Shown here one piece after another: positions 60,177-64,000 of a stretch of DNA of 64,000 nucleotides. Every line of letters begins with the position of its first letter. The first letter of the stretch is position 1. The notes under the pieces were generated by a model that made no database searches, was not told the origin of the DNA, and saw only the letters and a program-made list of their open reading frames with translations. The stretch is from Dysgonamonadaceae bacterium. Its GTDB lineage: Bacteria; Bacteroidota; Bacteroidia; Bacteroidales; Azobacteroidaceae. The stretch spans positions 17,254 to 81,253 of the forward strand of contig JAISOJ010000077.1 of NCBI GenBank assembly GCA_031275735.1, given 5' to 3'. The position numbers and the translations under genes are program-made.

Positions 60177-63100
60177 ATGATTAAACAAGTTACTTTATTA
60201 TTAATTACCTTGCTGACTATTAATGCGGGATATGGGCAAAATCAAGATTTTTTGTCAAAAAAACAAACTGCCCATGAAAGATCATTGAAAAATCTTCCTG
60301 AAACGATTAAGCCAGACAGGGCCGGTCAAATGAATCGGGAGGACACGAAAAATGCGGATTTACAGCAAGTAAAAGGAAAGAATGGCGATGGGAAATTGCA
60401 GGTGGATGCGCCTATCGAAGAAACATTGTACGGATACCGGACATATCCTTCCGATGGAATGGGTTTTGTTTCATTTCCGTCCGATAATCCGGTTTCTGTA
60501 AACCAAATAAACACATTCAGGGAAATTAATTATCTTGAAAACGCCTATAATATGTTTGATAGTGGAGAATTTATGAAGGGCGATATTTATTTAACAAGCT
60601 ATTATAACTATTTAGGCTCTCAATATCCCCAAAATCTGTTACGAATAGCTACCGATACATGGGAAGTAGTTTCGACCGTACCGATTGCCTGGTCCATGTC
60701 GGATATGGCTTACGATTATTCCACCGAAACCATGTACGGAATCATCTCTTCATCACTAACAGCTTTATTTACAATCAATACGAAAACTGCGGAACTTAAT
60801 TTGGTTTGTACTATAGATTTGGATATATTGGCTTTTGCTATCGACGTCGACGGCATCTTCTATGGAGTAACTTTGGATGGTAATCTTTATACCATAAATA
60901 AAACGACCGGCGCTGCTACATGGGTGGGTTCTACAGGATTAACGCCGGGGAATTTTTTTCAATCGATGGCGTTCGATCATAATACCGGTAAATTGTATTG
61001 GGCTTTTATCAGTTCTGTTTCTGACGGAGGACTTTACGAAATTAATAAAACAACCGGAGCGGCGACTTTTAAGGGCTTAATAGGAACAAGCTCTGAGCTG
61101 ATAGCGCTGCATGCGCCTTATTATACCAATTTTAATATACCGTTGTCGCCTTCCGGTTTCAGCGTTACTCCCGGCGCCGACGGAACGCTTTCAGCTACGC
61201 TCAATTGGACGAACCCAGAATATGCTAAATCCGGAAATGCATTGACAGCACTTGATTCGATTTATATTGAACGAAATGGCGTGATTATTCACAAGATAAG
61301 TGATCCGGGAATCGGAACTCCCGTTGTGTGGACAGACTCCAATGTTCCCGAACGTGGAGATTATACTTATACCGTGTATGGGGTAACGAATGGAGATGCA
61401 GGTACCCCCGTAAAACAAACCGTTTTTCTGGGTATTGACCCTTGCATGATTTCAACATTTCCCCAAACGTTTGATTTTGAAGATGATTCTCAAATGAATT
61501 GTTGGACTAATTTATATTCTGAAGAATCGAACAAACCGATGCAATCCGACGATGTAGCTCATAGCGGAACTTATTCTTGGCGTTTTAGCTCATACAGTTT
61601 GGCAAACGATTACGACCAGTATTTAATTAGTCCCCGCCTAGCGTCTACTTCCACAAACAAAGCCCTTCGTTTCTATTATAATACCCTTCAGTACGAATCG
61701 GAAAGATTTAGCGTAGGATATTCCACAACCGACAGTCTTCCATCCAGTTTCATTTGGATAGATAATTTTGGGTATTCTCCTACTTATGGTTGGAAGGAAT
61801 ATTTCAGGATTCTTCCTCCTGATACCAAATTCGTTGCTATTTATTATCATACTGTTTATCGCTTTTATTTATATGTCGACGATATTACGATTAGTCAACT
61901 CCCGGAGAAAGACGCAGGAACGGCGGCTATCTTGGAACCGCTTACCGCTCCCAACCTCACAGCAAATGAAAGAGTGAAAATTCGAATACAGAATACGGGT
62001 ATGGAAGCGCTTTCCGAAATCCCGGTCAAATTGGAAGTAGATGGCGAAGAAAAACCTGTTGAAACGATTTACGGGCCATTTGCCTGTATGCAGGATACTA
62101 TTTATACGTTTAATGCAAAAGCCGACCTCTCGGAGTTAGGAAAACATACCATCAAAGTTTCTACGATCTTGTCCGGAGACGAAAATCCGGATAATGACAC
62201 GAAAACTACCGAAGTGATCAATTATGGCGATTGTATATTTTCGTTGCCTTTTACCGAAAGTTTTGAAAATGCAGCTAATCTTGTTTGTTGGACTATTCAG
62301 GGCGCTCCGTCCAATCATCCGGACGTTAGCCGCGCCCGGGCTCGGACAGGCGAATATTCTTGGCATTTTGCTTCCAATGCGGGGAGTGACGATAATGATT
62401 TTAACCAGTATTTGATTACGCCTCGCTTCTCCGGGCAAGGCGCTGAAAAAACGTTTCGATTTTACTATTTTATTTCTGATAATACGATCGAAACTTTCCG
62501 GATAGGATATACAGCCTCCGATGCACAGCCGGGGAGCAGTGAATGGGAAGAAAGTATTCTTTGGAAAACGCCTATTGAGCAAGGAAGAACTTCGCAATGG
62601 ATGGAATATTCTGCCGTTTTCCCTGAAAATACAAAGTATGTTGTCATTCACTATTATACCGGTTATCCGGCCAACGGTATATTTATCGACGATATTATCT
62701 TGCGGGAGCTTTCCGCTAAAGACGCCTCGGTTACGGCTATTCTATCGCCGATCAGTGGTAATGACTTAGGAGAAGAAATAGTAAAAATCAAAGTGAAAAA
62801 TGAGGGAGCACAAGCTATTTTCGATATTCCGGTGAAATTTGAAGTGGATGGAGTATTAATTGGCAACGACATAATTGCCGGTACAATTGCTCCCTCGGCT
62901 GAGATTACCTATACGTTTACCGACAAAGTAAATCTTTCGGAATTAAAAACTTATACTATCAAAGCTTATACGGATATGGAAGACGAAGACGCGTATGACA
63001 ATGATACGGCAACCGTGCAAGTGACTAATTACGGAATATGTAAAATTACGGTATCGTCTGATAACCCGTATAATTATGGATTTGAAGAATCGCTATTTCC

Positions 63101-64000
63101 TTGCTGGAGCACTTTCGATTTGGATGCAGACGGCTTCTCGGTATGGCGAAGAGTGTCTAATTTGTCTCATTCGGGCGAATACTCCGTTCAACATTCTATG
63201 AATATGGGAAATCAAGACGGATGGATGGTTACGCCTAAAATAGCTATTCCTGAAGAAGACGAAGGCATTTATGCCTTATCATTCTGGTCGTATAATTACG
63301 AGGCTTATTATTATTATTATTTAGGAGGTAAAAATAGCGTTAGTATTTCGACCGGCAGTCCTGATCCGGAAAGTGGAGATTTTAATGAAGTATGGTCGCC
63401 CGTTACGGTTACGGAAAGCTGGGAAAAATCAATCATTAACTTACATGATTATGCCGGACAAGAGATTTATATTGCTTTCCGTTACCAAGGTCGTTTGAGC
63501 CATGAATGGTATTTGGATGATCTGAACATTGCAGAGCTTCCGCCTTACGATGCGGGAGTGAGCAGGATTTTATCACCTTTAGAAGGAGGAGATATAGCGG
63601 CGGAAGTAAGAGTGGAAATAACGAACCATGGAGCAACTTTGCTTACGTCTATTCGCGTTGCTTATAGTCTAAACAATCAACCGGCTATAGAAGAAGATTT
63701 TAACGTAAATATTCCGTCGGGAAAAACGGGTATAGTCGTTTTCAATGAAAAAGCGAACGTATCGGCATACGGCGATTATACATTATTAGCTTATACTTTA
63801 TTAAATAATGATTCAAACCCGGATAATGATAATACTTCCATTTCGTTTCATTACCGGAAGGATATCACATTATACGGCTACCGGATTTATGAGGATGAGA
63901 ATGAAGACGCCTGCAATGTCGTATCGTTCAATTCAAATACCCCTTCTAATGTTACTACCGTAAGCGATTATAGAGATGGGGACAATTATGTTTTTGCAGG
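60177..64000 (+). CDS. Large secreted/surface protein, 3'-truncated by the window (beta-propeller, fn3-like, repeated cleaved-adhesin/MAM-like and CARDB-like modules)
   Basis: Starts MIKQVTLLLITLLTINAGYGQ; DMAYDYSTETMYG and SMAFDHNTGKLYWA blades; repeated xFE...CW...QYLI(S/T)P and DA(G/S)(V/T)..ILSP...N.G modules; same frame still open at the window end (TLYGYR recurs); absent from the ORF track, presumably because it has no stop. Confidence 0.85.
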   Translation, partial: MIKQVTLLLITLLTINAGYGQNQDFLSKKQTAHERSLKNLPETIKPDRAGQMNREDTKNADLQQVKGKNGDGKLQVDAPIEETLYGYRTYPSDGMGFVSFPSDNPVSVNQINTFREINYLENAYNMFDSGEFMKGDIYLTSYYNYLGSQYPQNLLRIATDTWEVVSTVPIAWSMSDMAYDYSTETMYGIISSSLTALFTINTKTAELNLVCTIDLDILAFAIDVDGIFYGVTLDGNLYTINKTTGAATWVGSTGLTPGNFFQSMAFDHNTGKLYWAFISSVSDGGLYEINKTTGAATFKGLIGTSSELIALHAPYYTNFNIPLSPSGFSVTPGADGTLSATLNWTNPEYAKSGNALTALDSIYIERNGVIIHKISDPGIGTPVVWTDSNVPERGDYTYTVYGVTNGDAGTPVKQTVFLGIDPCMISTFPQTFDFEDDSQMNCWTNLYSEESNKPMQSDDVAHSGTYSWRFSSYSLANDYDQYLISPRLASTSTNKALRFYYNTLQYESERFSVGYSTTDSLPSSFIWIDNFGYSPTYGWKEYFRILPPDTKFVAIYYHTVYRFYLYVDDITISQLPEKDAGTAAILEPLTAPNLTANERVKIRIQNTGMEALSEIPVKLEVDGEEKPVETIYGPFACMQDTIYTFNAKADLSELGKHTIKVSTILSGDENPDNDTKTTEVINYGDCIFSLPFTESFENAANLVCWTIQGAPSNHPDVSRARARTGEYSWHFASNAGSDDNDFNQYLITPRFSGQGAEKTFRFYYFISDNTIETFRIGYTASDAQPGSSEWEESILWKTPIEQGRTSQWMEYSAVFPENTKYVVIHYYTGYPANGIFIDDIILRELSAKDASVTAILSPISGNDLGEEIVKIKVKNEGAQAIFDIPVKFEVDGVLIGNDIIAGTIAPSAEITYTFTDKVNLSELKTYTIKAYTDMEDEDAYDNDTATVQVTNYGICKITVSSDNPYNYGFEESLFPCWSTFDLDADGFSVWRRVSNLSHSGEYSVQHSMNMGNQDGWMVTPKIAIPEEDEGIYALSFWSYNYEAYYYYYLGGKNSVSISTGSPDPESGDFNEVWSPVTVTESWEKSIINLHDYAGQEIYIAFRYQGRLSHEWYLDDLNIAELPPYDAGVSRILSPLEGGDIAAEVRVEITNHGATLLTSIRVAYSLNNQPAIEEDFNVNIPSGKTGIVVFNEKANVSAYGDYTLLAYTLLNNDSNPDNDNTSISFHYRKDITLYGYRIYEDENEDACNVVSFNSNTPSNVTTVSDYRDGDNYVFA

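Noticed and set aside
1-64000. tRNA, rRNA, integrase or phage genes
   Set aside because: None recognised by eye; the island has no visible integrase or att repeats, so it is not called a mobile element

Overview
Bacteroidales-type chromosomal window (SusC/SusD pair, TAnnTTTG promoters, probable T9SS cargo) with many decayed gene remnants. From left to right: the end of an ATPase gene; a TolC/CusB/HMA metal-efflux operon lacking CusA; an AddB-like nuclease; a Kelch-type membrane regulator; a GH130/MFS remnant locus truncated next to an IS630 fragment and a MITE; a polysaccharide-utilisation locus (GH27, lipoprotein, SusC, SusD, ceramidase-like, GH3); housekeeping and envelope genes; and a decayed ECF/FecR/SusC set. 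The highlight is a ~21 kb AT-rich biosynthetic island (36.0-56.9 kb). It starts with a divergent HTH regulator and an AvrD/MmyD-like enzyme plus an active/degenerate P-loop kinase pair, followed by a RiPP cluster. The ORF track missed the 58-aa double-glycine precursor (40271-40447; core LDVDADDD-WCLFQQCQSGAEKICYTGV). Its neighbours are a radical SAM/SPASM maturase, an S46 peptidase carrying the DPP11 (Asp/Glu-specific) signature that matches four Xaa-Asp dipeptides at the start of the core, a C39 peptidase ABC exporter, HlyD, a LanC-like protein and four glycosyltransferases. The window ends in a >1270-aa surface protein ORF that runs off the edge. All family calls are from motif recognition, without database searches.
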